Positions 50,736 through 64,000 of a stretch of DNA of 64,000 nt are shown here, piece after piece. Source of the DNA: Amphiscolops sp. MND2022 (lineage: Eukaryota). The position numbers and the translations under genes were made by a program. The DNA is taken from positions 16,742,001 through 16,806,000 of the forward strand of contig OZ076409.1 in the NCBI GenBank assembly GCA_964187785.1, written 5' to 3'. The notes beneath the pieces are model-generated. The model was not told the origin of the DNA, did no database searches, and saw nothing but the letters and a program-made list of their open reading frames with translations. How positions within the stretch are numbered: the stretch's first letter is position 1; each line of letters opens with the position of its first letter.

Positions 50736-52402
50736 AGTAAAACGCAATTTGGTTCACAGATATCGTCGAAAATACGAATAAAGCGCAATATTTTCCCACT
50801 TCCTCTAGTGAAACGCAACTTACTTCGGATATGAGGTCGACAATTGGAATATAGCGTGTTGCATAGCCCAAATGTTTTTTTCCGTATGAAATATGTTTGC
50901 ACTCCATCTGTTCTCCCTAAACGTGGACGGATCAGAGCTACTGGGGAATAACTAGCAACTGTAAAATTCGTGCCTTTTCTCTGAAAACCCAAATAAAAAG
51001 ACGACATTTTTACGCGGTTTAGACAAAAAGGCGTGGAAAAAAGATATTCAGTCAGAACCACGGTAGTGCGTGAACGTTGTTAATTTTTTCGAGAACTAAT
51101 GCGCTTTTCATAACTTTCAGTGTCAACAACCTGAAAAACGCCGTCAGTGTAAACGTTTCAAATTAATGCCCACGGGAGCCCCGGCTTACGGACTGGATGG
51201 ACTGTTGCCAAGTTCCAAGTTATTCGTTGCTATTAATTTTGTTGCCATTGCTTAATCTTTGTTCATTGTATATGCACGAAGGGCTGCTGTTTGAAGATGT
51301 GACTGATGTATTCCTTTGAACATACAGTTCGGTGATTCTTCACACCATTTTGAGTCTTTTTGAGTGGTTATCACGAAGCATAGCGAGATACTCACTATAG
51401 GAAACAATAATTGATCGGAAAGGTTGGAGAGCAACCTAATAAGACGAGGGTCCCCTCTCGGAAGCACCCATTTGAAGAAAATTGGGCTGGTACTCTAAGA
51501 CCGTCAGTCCCGGATACTAAGTCATATATATCGTTCTGGCTATAGTGATTTTCTGATATTTTTCTGCGCCTTGCCAGATGGAAGGTTGGGAATTCGATAT
51601 AACCAACACCGTAGTTTTCATTCTTTTAAAAAAGAACCAAACTATTAACTTTTTCTGTTATAACGTAGATAACTTGAGCTTTTTCGGATATAACGTAAGG
51701 AATTAGTTGTAACGTATCCTGTTGTTACCGATTTCCATTATTTCGACAAAACAATGTGTGTACGTAAACAAGCTTTAGGAATTCTACTGTTTTGTCAATA
51801 ATGCTTGAAAATTTTAACTGGTAAACTCCAAAATCGTTTGTTCTCCGATGAGACTGATGACTCTTTCAAGTTATCGAAAAAATCAATTTTCGATGGGAAA
51901 AAATGTTTTTTTTTTGCGAGGATTTCGGATGAACTAACACCTTAATTGGCATCTCAGACCATCTTGCTAACCGCTATAAACTTGCATTGTTTGTTTTACT
52001 TTGTGGAGTAGTGTTCGTTACTGAGGAATCTTGAAAAAACATATATTTTCTTAATTATTAGATTCTACAGCGGATGCGCCATTCAAAGGGTTCAATTGAT
52101 ACATAAACACTCAAACATTGTAATTGTTGTAAAATATTCGCTGTAAACTAAGTTTTCTCTACTAATTTATCTCTAAATATTGCCAATATGTGGTTTCAAA
52201 TAAAAACTGAAGTCTTACATGTGTAGCTCAACATTAAATTGTTTTAGGAAACCCGAAATTTACTTCCTCTCGATTGTGTTTATTTCTTGATAACCATTTA
52301 CAGCTTTTTGATGCCATTTTCCATATTCAGTGGCTTAATAATCGAAAACCATTCCTCCTGGTTCGCCTCAAGCTTCAAATTCACTCAGGTATACCCTCTT
52401 TA

Positions 52403-53453
52403 CCCGGATCCAAGTTCACTAGATTTTCATGCGATTCCATACATGGAACTTTACATTTCTATGCATGGAAACGTATGGAACCATTCGTTTCTTGGTGTGA
52501 AATCATATGAATCACATGCAATCTAAACATTTTGTGTATGATAACCATAATCACTACTACAATCATATCCAAAAGCTTTAACCAATTTCAAAAAAAAAGA
52601 ACTTTCTCCGTTTTATCGCGCTGTTATCAGTACAAAGAATCGGACTAATCAGTATAGGTTCGAACGACTCAACAAACTCATAATCATGTACATAAAAAAT
52701 TGTTGTTTCTCAACCAATACACATGGGAGCTGTGTTTCAAATGTCGGTCAAATAAATAGTAAGATTTTGGCTGCTACCCTGATATCAAACTTCTACAGGT
52801 AATATTTTTCTGGTGTTTCTTGAGGAGTAGTGTTGATAACAAAAGTGGGCGAGCACCCTGAATGAGAGGAAATAAGTAGAAACACTTTGTTGAGTAAGGT
52901 TATTTTATTGGTCGAGAGCTAAACTCAAAACGCGACTTTCTAGTTTTTCAAATTTTTCACCATTTAGCACTCATTTGTGCTACAATTTTTGTGGCAAAAC
53001 TTTGGAAAAACATTTTTCAAACTATTTAAACCTGTTGGAAACTGTTACATCTACCAATTTTTAACACCCCTCGCTGTTTCTCGGACACTCGATTGTCCAA
53101 TTTTGCTACTGTGAAGGTCTCCATTGAGTCAATCATATTCTTACAGAAATGATGTGGCTGTAGAATGATGTTTGCTTGGAAAAATTTTGGCGTCAAATGA
53201 AAAACTTTCTGAATCATCAAGTTACACGATATATAAATATCACAACATCGTCGGATGCAAATCTTTCGTATTTAGTGATCATTGCAGCAAACGGTCAGAT
53301 CATTCTGCAATTATAACTATCGCGAAACTGTGTAAGAACTAATATTTACCGTAAACGCAATTTCATGGAAACGGCATGAAATTCTCGAATGACAACCATA
53401 AAGTTCCATGCTTGCTTGGAAATGCATGGATCAAATGTTGCCTTGGATCCGGG
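52403..53453. mobile_element. Non-autonomous TIR element (CCC-ended, CACTA/EnSpm-like MITE)
   Basis: Perfect 12-bp TIR cccggatccaag / cttggatccggg with 2-bp TA flanks. Inverted subterminal motif catggaactt / aagttccatg. Confidence 0.8.
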
Positions 53454-55475
53454 TAGCTCTATACAAACCGCGGAAACTTATACATTACTTATTTGTCATT
53501 AATGATAGAGCTCACAGAAACTAGTTGCTGATCAATCTTCTTGGAGGCTGAACAGATACGCTGGAGTTAAAAACAACAAAACGTGGTGGAGATCAAATAC
53601 TGAAATACACGTGTGTTCAAGTCCTCAAAAACTCACTGTGCATTGCTCTCAGAGTTCATTTTCAAAAAACCTATAAAATAGAAAATACTCCAAGAAAGTA
53701 CTTTAGGACTTTCGTGATAAAAACCCAAAATTTGGTACGTTAGTTTGAAGTGCTTTCAAGACAGCTTTGCTGTAATATGAAACTTTGAAATAATGAAACC
53801 ACGAGATGTTCATTGCGAAACTTTTGCAGTTCAAATTCGAGAGTTTATGTTTCAGAAAACTCACCAGTGAGCCAAAAAATCAATTTCTTTAAAGGAACTT
53901 GTTCCTTTTTCATTTTCATGTCTTTGACGACTTGGGTTGCCAGGTTAGTTAAACATAACTTATACCTGAAAATGTTTGTTGGTTGTTTTTAGTCTGCGCT
54001 TTTTGTAAGAAACATGTAAAAAATCAAGTAGAAAAAAATCAAGCATGCCGCTTTTCAAAGAGGTTTTCAAGAGGGCAAACAATGGTGGAGGCGCTTTATC
54101 CAGAAAATTAAAAGGACACAAATTATCTACAAACTATGAACAACGTCACAACAGCGACAATTCAAATCATCAGGTCATCAAATAGTGCACTGGGCAAAAC
54201 AGTGATAACGGAGATTGCAACAACAGGGTAAGATAACGACCCCAATCGAAAGTTTAATAATAACTTATAGTTACTAACTCGGCAGTATTCCAAGCAAGAA
54301 CGCGACAAATTTCACAGCCGAGGCAAACTCAACAATATGAGGGAAACAAAAGAAACAACGAAGTCTAGAAAAGAATCAGAAAGATCTACAGTACGGAGCC
54401 TGACAGACGAATAAAAACTAATTACATCGTGGAAATAAAAAACAACGCGAAAATAAAATTGATATCAGACAAAAAAAAACAGACAAATGCAGGACCAAAG
54501 AACTCAAACGGATCAAACAAGGGGATGAGCGTCATAAATATTTTTTAAAAAACAAATTAAAACAGAAAACGGTTAGAAAGAAACACCCAGAAAGAACAAA
54601 GGAACGCCCGGATTACACAAGAACAAAATTCAATGACAGTCTTTGTCCATATTGTAGCGTAGCCCGCTTGTCAAGACAAGAAAACTGCGCAGCCACATCA
54701 TCTGAGCATAATTACCATGAAAAACAGGACACTACGAGACGATAAAACATTCACACAAGAGAGTGCAGTCAATCAAAACAGCAGTATCATCGAGAGGAAG
54801 ACAACAGAGTTTATAAGAAATGCAAATCAAACCATAACAATTCATAGATGATTTCGGTCCCACAACACTCACAGTTAACGCCATGTCTATTGAACTCAGT
54901 TTCGACTGGATCCTTTGGAACCAATTATGAAAACGTGAAACTCAAGATCAAAAACATTGGTCAAAAAATGCAATGGTGGAGACAAACCTCAAAAGATTTT
55001 AACTACCATTTTCAAATATGAACGCTAGAAGAACGTTGACGAGAAGGACGATCATGAAAAAACTCAACGATACTAAAAATGTAATTACACGAATCAGAAA
55101 CATTTTCTAAATTGAAAGAACCATTTCCAACAACTTTTCCTTCTGTTACCTTAAACTAAAAAGTAATGACGGTGAAGGTATTTCTGAAACAAAACCGCAG
55201 AGGATGCTCAACCAAACAATCGACAAACCCCAATGCAAATTCAAGCACAAGTCAAGAACTGATTCGGAACGTCTAGTAGCCAGCAGTTATTTGAATTCGG
55301 CAACTGAGTTGATCAAAAATCGCTTCGTAAGCCCTGCAGCAATCGTAGTAGAGGAAGAAAATCCAATCAAAACAACGTTAAACTCAAGAATCCTGAACGA
55401 GATTTTAGTTTAAAAAACAGCGCAACTGTACAACATGGCGAATTACTATCATGAGAATCACAGATGCTTTCTAAA

Positions 55476-55593
55476 CCCGGGTTTCCCTCCCATACAAAAA
55501 ACAGGTTGATCATACTCTGGACCATAAAGGTTTATGGTTCCAGGCTGACCATACTCTGGACCAAGTATGATCAACCTGGTCGGGAAACACGGG
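55476..55593. mobile_element. 118-bp MITE with CCCG termini and 2-bp (AA) flanks
   Basis: cccgggtttccc..caggttgatcatac is inverted relative to gtatgatcaacctggtcgggaaacacggg. Internal repeat catactctggacca occurs twice. Confidence 0.7.
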
Positions 55594-56665
55594 AAGTCAC
55601 CTGGCGAAAATCAAACCTAAAGTGTCGATTTTGACCACACATTCAGGCAAATCAAATTAAATACAGGCATCAAAAACCTTGCATTTTGACGGTCAGTGAG
55701 AACTCAAGGGCTATCGCGGTACCTCACAACAATTTTGAAGACTCTGTATTGCTCCAAAAAGTTCCAGAAACCGGCCGACATTACATTAGAACCTAATCAC
55801 ACGACTGGATGAAATAACCATTGAGACTTGAGGCGATGAAGAAAAACTAAAAACGAAAGAACTGGAAGACAAAACCAGAAAAAAAACAGGATTTAGCTTG
55901 AATCTCAAACTTCGCAGTCTTCTGAAAAACATGAAAGGGTCTGTCAACGAATATATCGGAAAGAAATTAAAGCGCTACAAAACATTGGCATTAAAGAATA
56001 AAACTGCCAAAACAAAAAAGGCGCACATACTTTTCCTATGAAGGCAGCTCACTATTCAGCCAAATGAGTAAAAACACAACAGCAAACAGCGACATTTGAA
56101 GAAAAGAAACGAAACGAAGAAAAACCCAAAGGGAATTAGTAAAACAAGCTATCTAATGCTTTTGACAACTTGATAAAAGGCGTAGCGGAAAACTCTGCTT
56201 AGCACGCTTTTACAACAGTACAAACACTTATCAAAAGGGTGCAAAGATTTTGTAAATTAAGTTCTGATAGTTTTTCACGTCTTTCACGGCCGCATAATGA
56301 TTATTTCCAATTCTTTGGGAATCACGGTATTAGATCTATAACAAAAAAGACATCACGGAAAAAAACAAATTGTTGACCTGCTTACAGTTTTTCTGGTAGC
56401 CCAAGCTGACAAGAGCCATACATACATGCGAAGTAAGAAAAACTTTATCCCTTCAGAGTGTAGGGTGACAATTCGATGTCGCAAAAACCTACGACCGAAA
56501 AAAAAATGGTTGATAGAGTAAACAACGAAATCCAATTTTATCGGGCGACATGGATCTAAACATCGGCCTTTTTCAAAAATAATCTCTATCAACTGGTATA
56601 GAAGATGGCCAGTACATTGCGTATGGAAAGCACCGAATGAAACCACTGCAAAAGTTTTACTAAAC

Positions 56666-59029
56666 TGTTGACGATAACGAACTTATAGTGAAAGAAGAGA
56701 TATCGGTAACAACTGTGAATTAGTAGGAAATCTGATGTTTTGGCAGTTGATGTTAATTTGCCACTTTGGCTAAGTTTGGCAGGTTGTTATTATTGCGTAA
56801 TTTAATTTTTTCACACTTCTGTTTTCTCAGCAATTAAGTTTAGTATTCTAGACTCTACTACACTTCCCTTTTTAATTAGTGAAGGATGGGGGATTGTTTT
56901 GACTTCCAATTTGTTATCAATTTACTTCACAGGGTTTGTTTAGGTTAAGGACTGGTTTCTGTATTAGCCAATAAGCTCATAGTAGTAATTTACAGTGTTA
57001 CTGAGTGATTAACTTTAACAAATACAAAAACAATAATAACTAAAATCAGTAGTGTTTCTACAACACAAACATACTGCAACGTACGAGATACTGGTGGGAT
57101 TATTTAGGATGGCAACAGAACAGTGTTTTGTATTTTTTATCATTTCTTGTCTATTTGTTTTCGGGTGGTGCGATTTCAAACACATTTGGTAGGCTCTCTT
57201 CTGCACTGGATTCTGGTTCCACTTTAGTCACCATTATGTTGTGACCCAGCCAGTTTGGATTTTTGTGGTTTCTTGTTGAGCTTCGGGTTGGTTTTTTCTC
57301 CTTTTCCCATTTTATGTCTCCTTTTATGGGTATCTTCTTTTTTCTGGTTCATCAATCATTTTTTCTTTTTCTTCTTTCTCTGTTTCTTCGCCTTTTTCGC
57401 TTTTTGACTTTGTGATTTGGATTGTTTGCTCGGGGTTTTCTTCTCTTTCTACTTCTGGTGTAATGTTTCCTTCTTCCGTTTGTTGTTCCTTTGGTGGCGT
57501 TTTTGGAATTTGTCCCATTTCTGAGCTGCTTGTCGATTCCCGCCAAAATGGTTGTATTGGCTTTGCTGGCTTTTCTTGAGTTTTAGGCTTCTTTTTGATA
57601 GTTTCTTTCTTGTTGGTGTTTGCATCTTGTCCCAATTTGGCCACATCGCGCTTTGAATAGATTGTTTGTTTACCTGATTTGGGTAACACAGTTATGGTGT
57701 TTTCGCTCGGGTTGATTATTTGGCCTTTTATCTTTTTGAAGTTTCCTTCAAGCTTCGTTCCTTTTACTCTTTCTCGAACGAGAATTTTTGAGTCGGCCTC
57801 CTCACTGAAGTCTTCCGGCTCGATCTGAAGTTGGGGATCTTTCTCTAAAAAACACTTTCTGACATTACGATACACATGCCGGTACGAACTAGCAGGATCC
57901 TGCTAGTTCGATTTTTGTCCAATCGGAGCGCGAATATTTCTTTTGGAAGTTTTACACTTGTCACACATTACGCACATTGATAGGACGTTACACTAGTTAA
58001 CACAGCTTCGTACGTTGACTAGTTTACACCGATCGGATCATAACCGACTTTAGTGTGTTCGGTTTCCTACCCATTTGTCTGCCATAAGCCGATGTGTTGT
58101 CTACCCCTTTTTCTGTTCTCAGTGCAAATAGTATGTTTGACAATCCCGATGTATCTTTCTGGACTACTATTTTTCTATTTGTTCTAAGTCTTTCGTTCAA
58201 TGTTCTGATCATTCTTCTACCTTTCCGTTACCCCGATGGTCTCGGATGGGATAGATTATGTGTTGAATGAATCTTTCTTTACAAAATTGCTGAAAATTTT
58301 CTCCCTTGAATACTGTCCCTGGATCTGTTCTAACCCTTTTTGGGATTCCGTTCGTTGCTGTGTATTCTAATAAAAATTCTACCACTTTATCTGCCGATGG
58401 GTTAGGTAAAAACATTGCAGCTGGCCATCCTGAATTATTACCTACTGAAAATAGCAAATATTTCTTCTGTTTATATGCATTTTGGAATGGTCCTGCGAAA
58501 TCTAGTGAAATTTCATCATTTGGGCTTTTTGCCTCAGGTAATTTTCCAAACTCTTTTTGACTATTTACAAATTTAAGGTTCTTACCTGCTTTTTGGCATT
58601 CGGCGCAACTTCTTGCCTTTTCTACGATCTCGCGGTGGATCCTCGGCCACCACCCGTCGGATACCTCTCGTAACATGGCATCTCTGCCGGCGTGCCAGAA
58701 ATGTATGGCCCTCAATACGTTTTCACGCATGTCTTTTGGGATTACCTGCCGTTGGTCATGTATAGTAAATTTTTCGAGTCCAGGCTAAATGAATTGAATT
58801 TCTCTCTCCAGGGGGAGGTAAACGAGAGATTACTGCCGGATTTTTATCTTTGATCAAACGGATGATTTTTTGAATGTTACGGTCATTCTCATAATTTGCT
58901 TGTACATAATTTTGGCTGATTTTGGATTTTGACAAATCTCTTTCTTCGGACATTATGCCGCTAATTGGCACTTTTGTGTTTTGTGAACTAATAACACTCA
59001 ACCGCATAGGCGTATGAACTGTCAGCAAC
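56666..59029 (-). mobile_element. 5'-truncated Ty3/Gypsy element: integrase, PPT and 3' LTR (56666-56862)
   Basis: Integrase HHCC (HFWHAG...CAEC), ISLDFAGPF, VRTDPGTVF, HRGNGKVE (ORF 58209-58730). Minus-strand PPT aaaaagggaag is followed by a TGTAGT...TCAACA LTR. Confidence 0.92.
57861..58033. mobile_element. ~170-bp insertion interrupting the integrase ORF; contains a perfect 26-bp palindrome
   Basis: Removing it joins LKSVMIR to KCFLEKDP. Palindrome cgaactagcaggatcctgctagttcg at 57885-57910. Confidence 0.7.
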
Positions 59030-60469
59030 AAAAAAAATGGTTGATAGAGTAAACAACGAAATCTAAACATCGGCCTTTCTCAAAAATAATCTCTATCAAC
59101 CGGTATAGAAGATGGCCAGTACATTGCGTATGGAAAGCACCGAATGGAACCACTGCAAAAGTTTTACTAAACAGTGTCGCTATACTATACGTAGCATCCC
59201 AAACAAAACCTACAAGTGCTGCGTTTACTGAATTATAATTTCGAAATTTTTTCAAGGAATCGAAAGTTAGGTCGAAAAAAGTTACGCCGTTAGAACAAAC
59301 ACTCTCAGACTTAGTCGAAGTAGGAATGAAAATGTTAAAATTCTTAGGAAAGAAATAAGGAAAATTCCTCATTCGAAAGACAAAAAAGACGAAAAGCGAG
59401 AACGGAAGTAAATAGATTTTGAAACATGCCAACTGAATTACCAAATAACTCCGTATTAGCCGAACCGAAAACACTTCAACTTTATTCCTTCAATAATAGA
59501 GATGGAACAGCTGACCAATTTGTAACTAAAATGCACCGAAAGTGAAAAGATATACAAGTACTTCCTCGTAGAAACAAATGAACATCGTACCACATTTGAC
59601 AGTCACTACAAAGTAAAATGACGACTAACCGAAGAAAAAACTAAACAGATTTCGTTGACAAACACAACTGAAAGGATAATTAGTTAAAGAATGAGTAAAC
59701 AGATCAAGGATACTTTTTACTTTTCATAGCCCACTATCCCGATAAGGAGAGATCTCGAGGGTGCTAGACAGTTTGTTCTTACGAATAGAACACCGCTAAA
59801 AACAGAGGAGAGAAAGCGGGATAAAAAGAGAAATAGAGAGAAAAAAGAGATAGGGATAGAGAGTGAGCCTGATAGATAGGACGAAACACTCGAACTGAAT
59901 ATCGATTACGCAATGTACTCGATCAGCGAAACAATTAAAACCGAACAAGTAGACAGCCTGACAATAAAAGATGAAACTGGTGAACTAGGAAGTCCTTTGA
60001 ATAATGTCAACAAATCTAATGGTGAGATTTGGTGATCCGAATGTTTTCTGAAACTTCACAGGTAAAAACGAAGGTTGAAATGCTGAAATGAAATAGGACA
60101 TGTGCCAATATCGGAAAGAACAACACTGGCCGTAGAACAGAGTCGAGAACCAAATATCGACCAACACTAAACCGCCCATTTTGGAAAAAATGTTGGCGGT
60201 TGTTCCATTCAGTTTAGTTATCGCAATTTGTTGCAGTTTGTATTTGAATTCAATAATTTATACCGAAGGAGGAAAGTGGCATATGTAAATAACAGTCAAA
60301 ATGAGGAACAGCCCCAGGCAATGAAAAATCAGCCAATCTGTTATCTGCTATTCGATTCGGAAGTTCAGTCGGAAGTTCAATATCACATTTAACACATTAT
60401 AATGTAAGTCATTATTTCTATTTTTTGTCTCTGTGCAAGATATTATTGGGTCAGACCAATTTTTTCTCT

Positions 60470-62619
60470 AACCAGAAAGACCTTATGGGTCAATTTTGAC
60501 CTTATCAAAAATTGCATGTCTTTGTTTTGCTACTTAATTTGAAAACTCAAGTATTGCAAAAAATACAATATCAACAATTATCACACGTTGCCATGACATA
60601 TTTCACACTAATAGTCAGACAGTTCGAGCATTTGAACTTCTCATATTTGGCACATCTGACATTTGTCTTGCTCTGACATCCCGATGTTTGACAATGGTGT
60701 CGTTTTTCCGCCACTGGTAAAGGTTTCAGTTGGTTGTTTGACGTTGCTGGAGCGCTTGGTTCGTCAGTGGCACGATTCATACCCCGGTTCGGTTGAGGGT
60801 TGTCAGTTCGATAAATACCTCATAAATGAAATCTCGTCTAGAAACTTTCGTCTGCGTGATTTTTCTATAGATTATCCAGGAATTCATAACAGATTTGTCC
60901 AAAATGTTGCAAAAAACAGCAAAAGTCCATCGCCTCGATGCCGTCCTCGTGGAACACGCTCTTATCATCTGATCCATAGCGTCTACGCCAACTTTGTTTT
61001 TATTATAAAACAAAAAAACTTCTGGTTTACAATTTGGCGGCCCCATAACGGTTGAATTCCGGTGCATGCTAGACAACAGCTCTACTGATTTGTTGTTTTT
61101 GCCTTGATAAGTAACCAGAATCACGTTAATGGAGCAATGATGAAGAAACTTTGTTGAATGGAGCTGCAAACGTTTATTTGCTTCAGGACACAACTCTCTT
61201 CTATTTGAGCTAATATTTCCCACATAAGAAATTTTCCTTTTCAATAACTCCACCAACACTACCGATGTGAAAAATTTATCGCCTGTTATGTTGTAACCTT
61301 GACCTAAATTTTTAGCTAGATCCAAAACAACATCAACCGACAATGGTCGATTGCGCGTTTAGGAGTTTCCGCGGTAAGGAATACAATTGACGATATATTT
61401 GGGTTCAACTTCAACCAAAAGCAACATTTTGATACCGTATTTATCCGGTTTGTTGGCCATGAAATTGATAAATTGGCATCTCGTTTTCAATGGCATTAGC
61501 TCTTGAGTCAACAGTGAGTGGAAACTCAGGCACATACTTCTCTTGGCAGTTTTTCACAAAGGAATCCATGAGTTCACGCCCAGCTTCAAACCTGTCCGTA
61601 CATACCCGGTAACTACGTGTTGTTTTCGCACACAGACGCACGCAACTCATAATTTCCTTGTATCGGTTTCGAGACATCAAATTTCGAAACGTTTTTGAGC
61701 CATATTTGTTACTCCAAAAGTATGTCAGAGGAATGTTTTTGCTATGCAGTCCACATAGATAATGAAGGGCAACAAATGTTTTGAACTTTTGTTTAGTGAT
61801 AACTGTTTTGCGTTTTTGGTTGCTGTTTGTGATTTGTAATACTCTGTCAATCATGGCGTTGTCGAAAAAATCAAACCACGCGTCGCCAACTGTGCTAACT
61901 CTGGCTGCCACAAAAGGTTTGACGCCCGGCTGTTTGCGAGTAATGTTCTGTTGTTGTATGCGACCTGGAGACTCTGGCACCAGCGATAGAACCCATTTTG
62001 TTCCATCTTTACCTGTTAAACTATCTGCATTAGCCCTGTTGTTTGTCAATCTGGATTGTCTTTCTTGATTGTCGTCGTCTACAAAAAATATTTTGTTTTG
62101 TTTCTAGGAAGAAATTAACTATAAACTAAAACACAGGCCTTCCTGAATTTTGAGAACTTGTGCTATCGCTTTCTACTGGTGATGTGGCTACAACTGTTTC
62201 CTCGGAATTGTCAGTCTCGCCAGATTGATCCTAATCCATATCTTGATACCATGCAAAACAGGCCGATGCAGCAGTTTGTCGTCTTGGGTGATCTATGGAA
62301 AAAGCTCAAAATTAGAGTTTTGATGAACCAAATAATTGAATAAACGGTCTATATTCAACATTATAGAAGGACAATTTTGTTATAGAACATAAAACTAAAT
62401 GAAACAACTTTTAATTAACATATGGGTCACTTTTGACCCTTTTGGTTGTTCGCGGAAGAAATTTATTTGCTCAGAGCTTAACAAGCTTATCTGTAGTAAG
62501 AACTTAATATATGTAACAAAGTCACGAAACATCATCCTTCTAATTCACCTCAAAAAGCTACAGTAAACAAATCAAAATGCAAAGGGGTCAAAATTGACCC
62601 ACCGGTGGTCCTTCTAGTA
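60470..62619 (-). mobile_element. piggyBac-superfamily transposon, defective transposase
   Basis: ORF pieces 61441-62049 (GKDGTKW, MSRNRY, LTVD), 60777-61343 (ITGDKFFTS, LLSSMH, KPEVFLFYNKNKVGVDAMDQM, RRWT) and 60571-60780 (C-terminal Cys-rich domain). Imperfect TIRs contain gggtcaattttgacc (60487; 62584-62600), with an internal copy at 62424. No clean TTAA flanks. Confidence 0.93.
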
Positions 62620-62663
62620 GCCACGAAAATTAGAAAATTGTCCTTTGAAGTTTGACCTTCATA

Positions 62664-63800
62664 CCATTTGTAAGCCAAGTGCAACAAAAGTGAACTTCAA
62701 GTGGAACAAATAGAAACTTCAAGTGAAACAGTGCATAAACGGAAACTCAAGTGAATCACTAGACATTCAAGTGAAACAAAACGGAACCTCATGTGAAACC
62801 TTTCACTTCTCTATTTGTTTCCATTTTAAAATTTATCATTATTCCGTTCTTACGCTTCATCGAGAAAAACATTTGTCAGTTTGCAAAGGCTCAATTAATT
62901 GAAGGAAACGATGAATAATTCCTTGAAATTGCCAAAATACTGATATTAAACGAGGGACAGCCCATACAATTGTTGCAAGGAAATACAATGACGTGGGGTA
63001 ACACGAAAGAAAACTGTATTCCAAGTTCGACGAGGAGATGAATGCAGCAGCAACGGAAATATTGGGCGAAACTCCTCGCACATTCACGGATCATGTTTAG
63101 CTATTCATAATATAATGCCAGCCAAGCCTGTCGTATCTTTGAAATCGTCTGCCAACACATAGGAAGGCCTCGCGTTTACATTGAAAACGCCTCGAGATGT
63201 ACCTGCCCAACAGATTACGATCAAGGTGAAAGATGATCGTTACATCTACGCTGAGTGGCTGACCAAATACAAGTATGAACTCTCGCAAGGTTTACTTAGA
63301 TGAGTTCAGCGTCAATATCCATACCAGACGCAACCAGGGAAGGAGATTTAAGTGGATCAGAACTTATCGAACAATGTCCAGGCAGAAAGGACATAATTTA
63401 GCAGTATGCATTGTTGCTTCATCTGTAAATGGCCTGGTTTATTACGAAATTTATCGTGGAGAGATGAATACGGTAAAACTTCACAGTTTCATTGAAAATT
63501 GCAGAGGGAATCTCTTCGATGATAATGCTGACAACGAATCGGTTATATTATGTTTGACATTGCCCCGTCCCACCAAAATTTTGAAATCACTGAGGTTAAC
63601 GTGATGAACGAGGTCCAGTCTTTTTCTCAATCGAGCCAAAAACGCAATATCGACGTGGATGTCAAATTTTAAAACTCAGTTTAACGCGAGACAATATGAG
63701 GTTATCAATATTACAGATGAGAGACGGGCTGGTCAATCCCTGGCTGAATATCGTTTTTGTTTGATAGGAGAAATTCTTAAAATTTCAATAGATGCATCAT
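62664..63800 (+). mobile_element. IS630/Tc1-like transposon related to 14071-15582, right end lost
   Basis: TA + ccatttgtaagccaagtgcaacaaaagtgaa left end. Subterminal cttcaagtgaaac repeats (62695-62800). KVYLDEFSVNIHTRRNQGR...NLAVCIVASSVNGLVYY (ORF 63275-63604). Confidence 0.85.
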
Positions 63801-63809
63801 ATCCGAAAA

Positions 63810-64000
63810 CGTTCCGTCGTGTCTCAAGGTAGCTAAAGTAGTGCCGCGGTATAAAGAAGGAGATGCCAATTCATTCGAGAACTATCGTCCAATTTCATTA
63901 CCGTCTCCATTAGCTGAAGTTTCCGAGCGTGCAATATACGACCGGAATTTTCTCAAAGTGGTTTCTTACTCAAAATTTGATATCTTAAGTGTTGATCAAT
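63810..64000 (+). mobile_element. Non-LTR retrotransposon (CR1/L2-like) RT fragment
   Basis: LKVAKVVPRYKEGDANSFENYRPISLPSPLAEVSERAIYDR matches the LINE RT N-terminal K.A.V.P..K.G.....NYRPISL motif. Confidence 0.85.

Larger units (their letters stand above)
54050..59700 (+). mobile_element. Highly degenerate Ty3/Gypsy element carrying nested insertions
   Basis: RT N-terminal FVSPAAIVVEEENPIKTTLNSRILNE (ORF 55204-55413). Decayed downstream RT/RNase H/integrase remnants. Interrupted at 55476 and 56666. Confidence 0.6.

Noticed and set aside
50544..51061. Poly-Glu, poly-Arg and poly-Leu ORFs
   Set aside because: Translations of the (CCT)n microsatellite; no other coding signal.

Overview
AT-rich eukaryotic DNA, probably from an invertebrate animal (inferred from the transposon families). 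It is almost entirely nested, decayed transposable elements, with two 200-N scaffold gaps. Recognisable elements: (1) At least five Ty3/Gypsy LTR retrotransposon relics. One family, seen at 1-8.3 kb, 19.8-23.4 kb and 41.7-44.9 kb, carries an extra post-integrase ORF whose motifs resemble a chuvirus/gB-like class III viral fusion glycoprotein, plus an Arg/Ser-rich Gag tail. (2) Two BEL/Pao elements; one has a tRNA-Tyr-type PBS, a 24-bp G-rich repeat, no recognisable RT and a 3.74-kb tandem duplication. (3) Two IS630/Tc1-like elements, a piggyBac, CCC-ended MITEs, Helentron/DINE-like repeats and a LINE RT fragment. (4) A 3 x 480-bp tandem repeat and a (CCT)n tract. The only clearly intact protein-coding gene is an intronless aldo-keto reductase (48556-49563) of a type typical of bacteria, plants and fungi, so it is a horizontal-transfer candidate. 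A degraded, intron-containing carnitine-acyltransferase-like segment may lie on the minus strand at about 17.6-18.3 kb. All family calls come from motif reading by eye; no database search was run.
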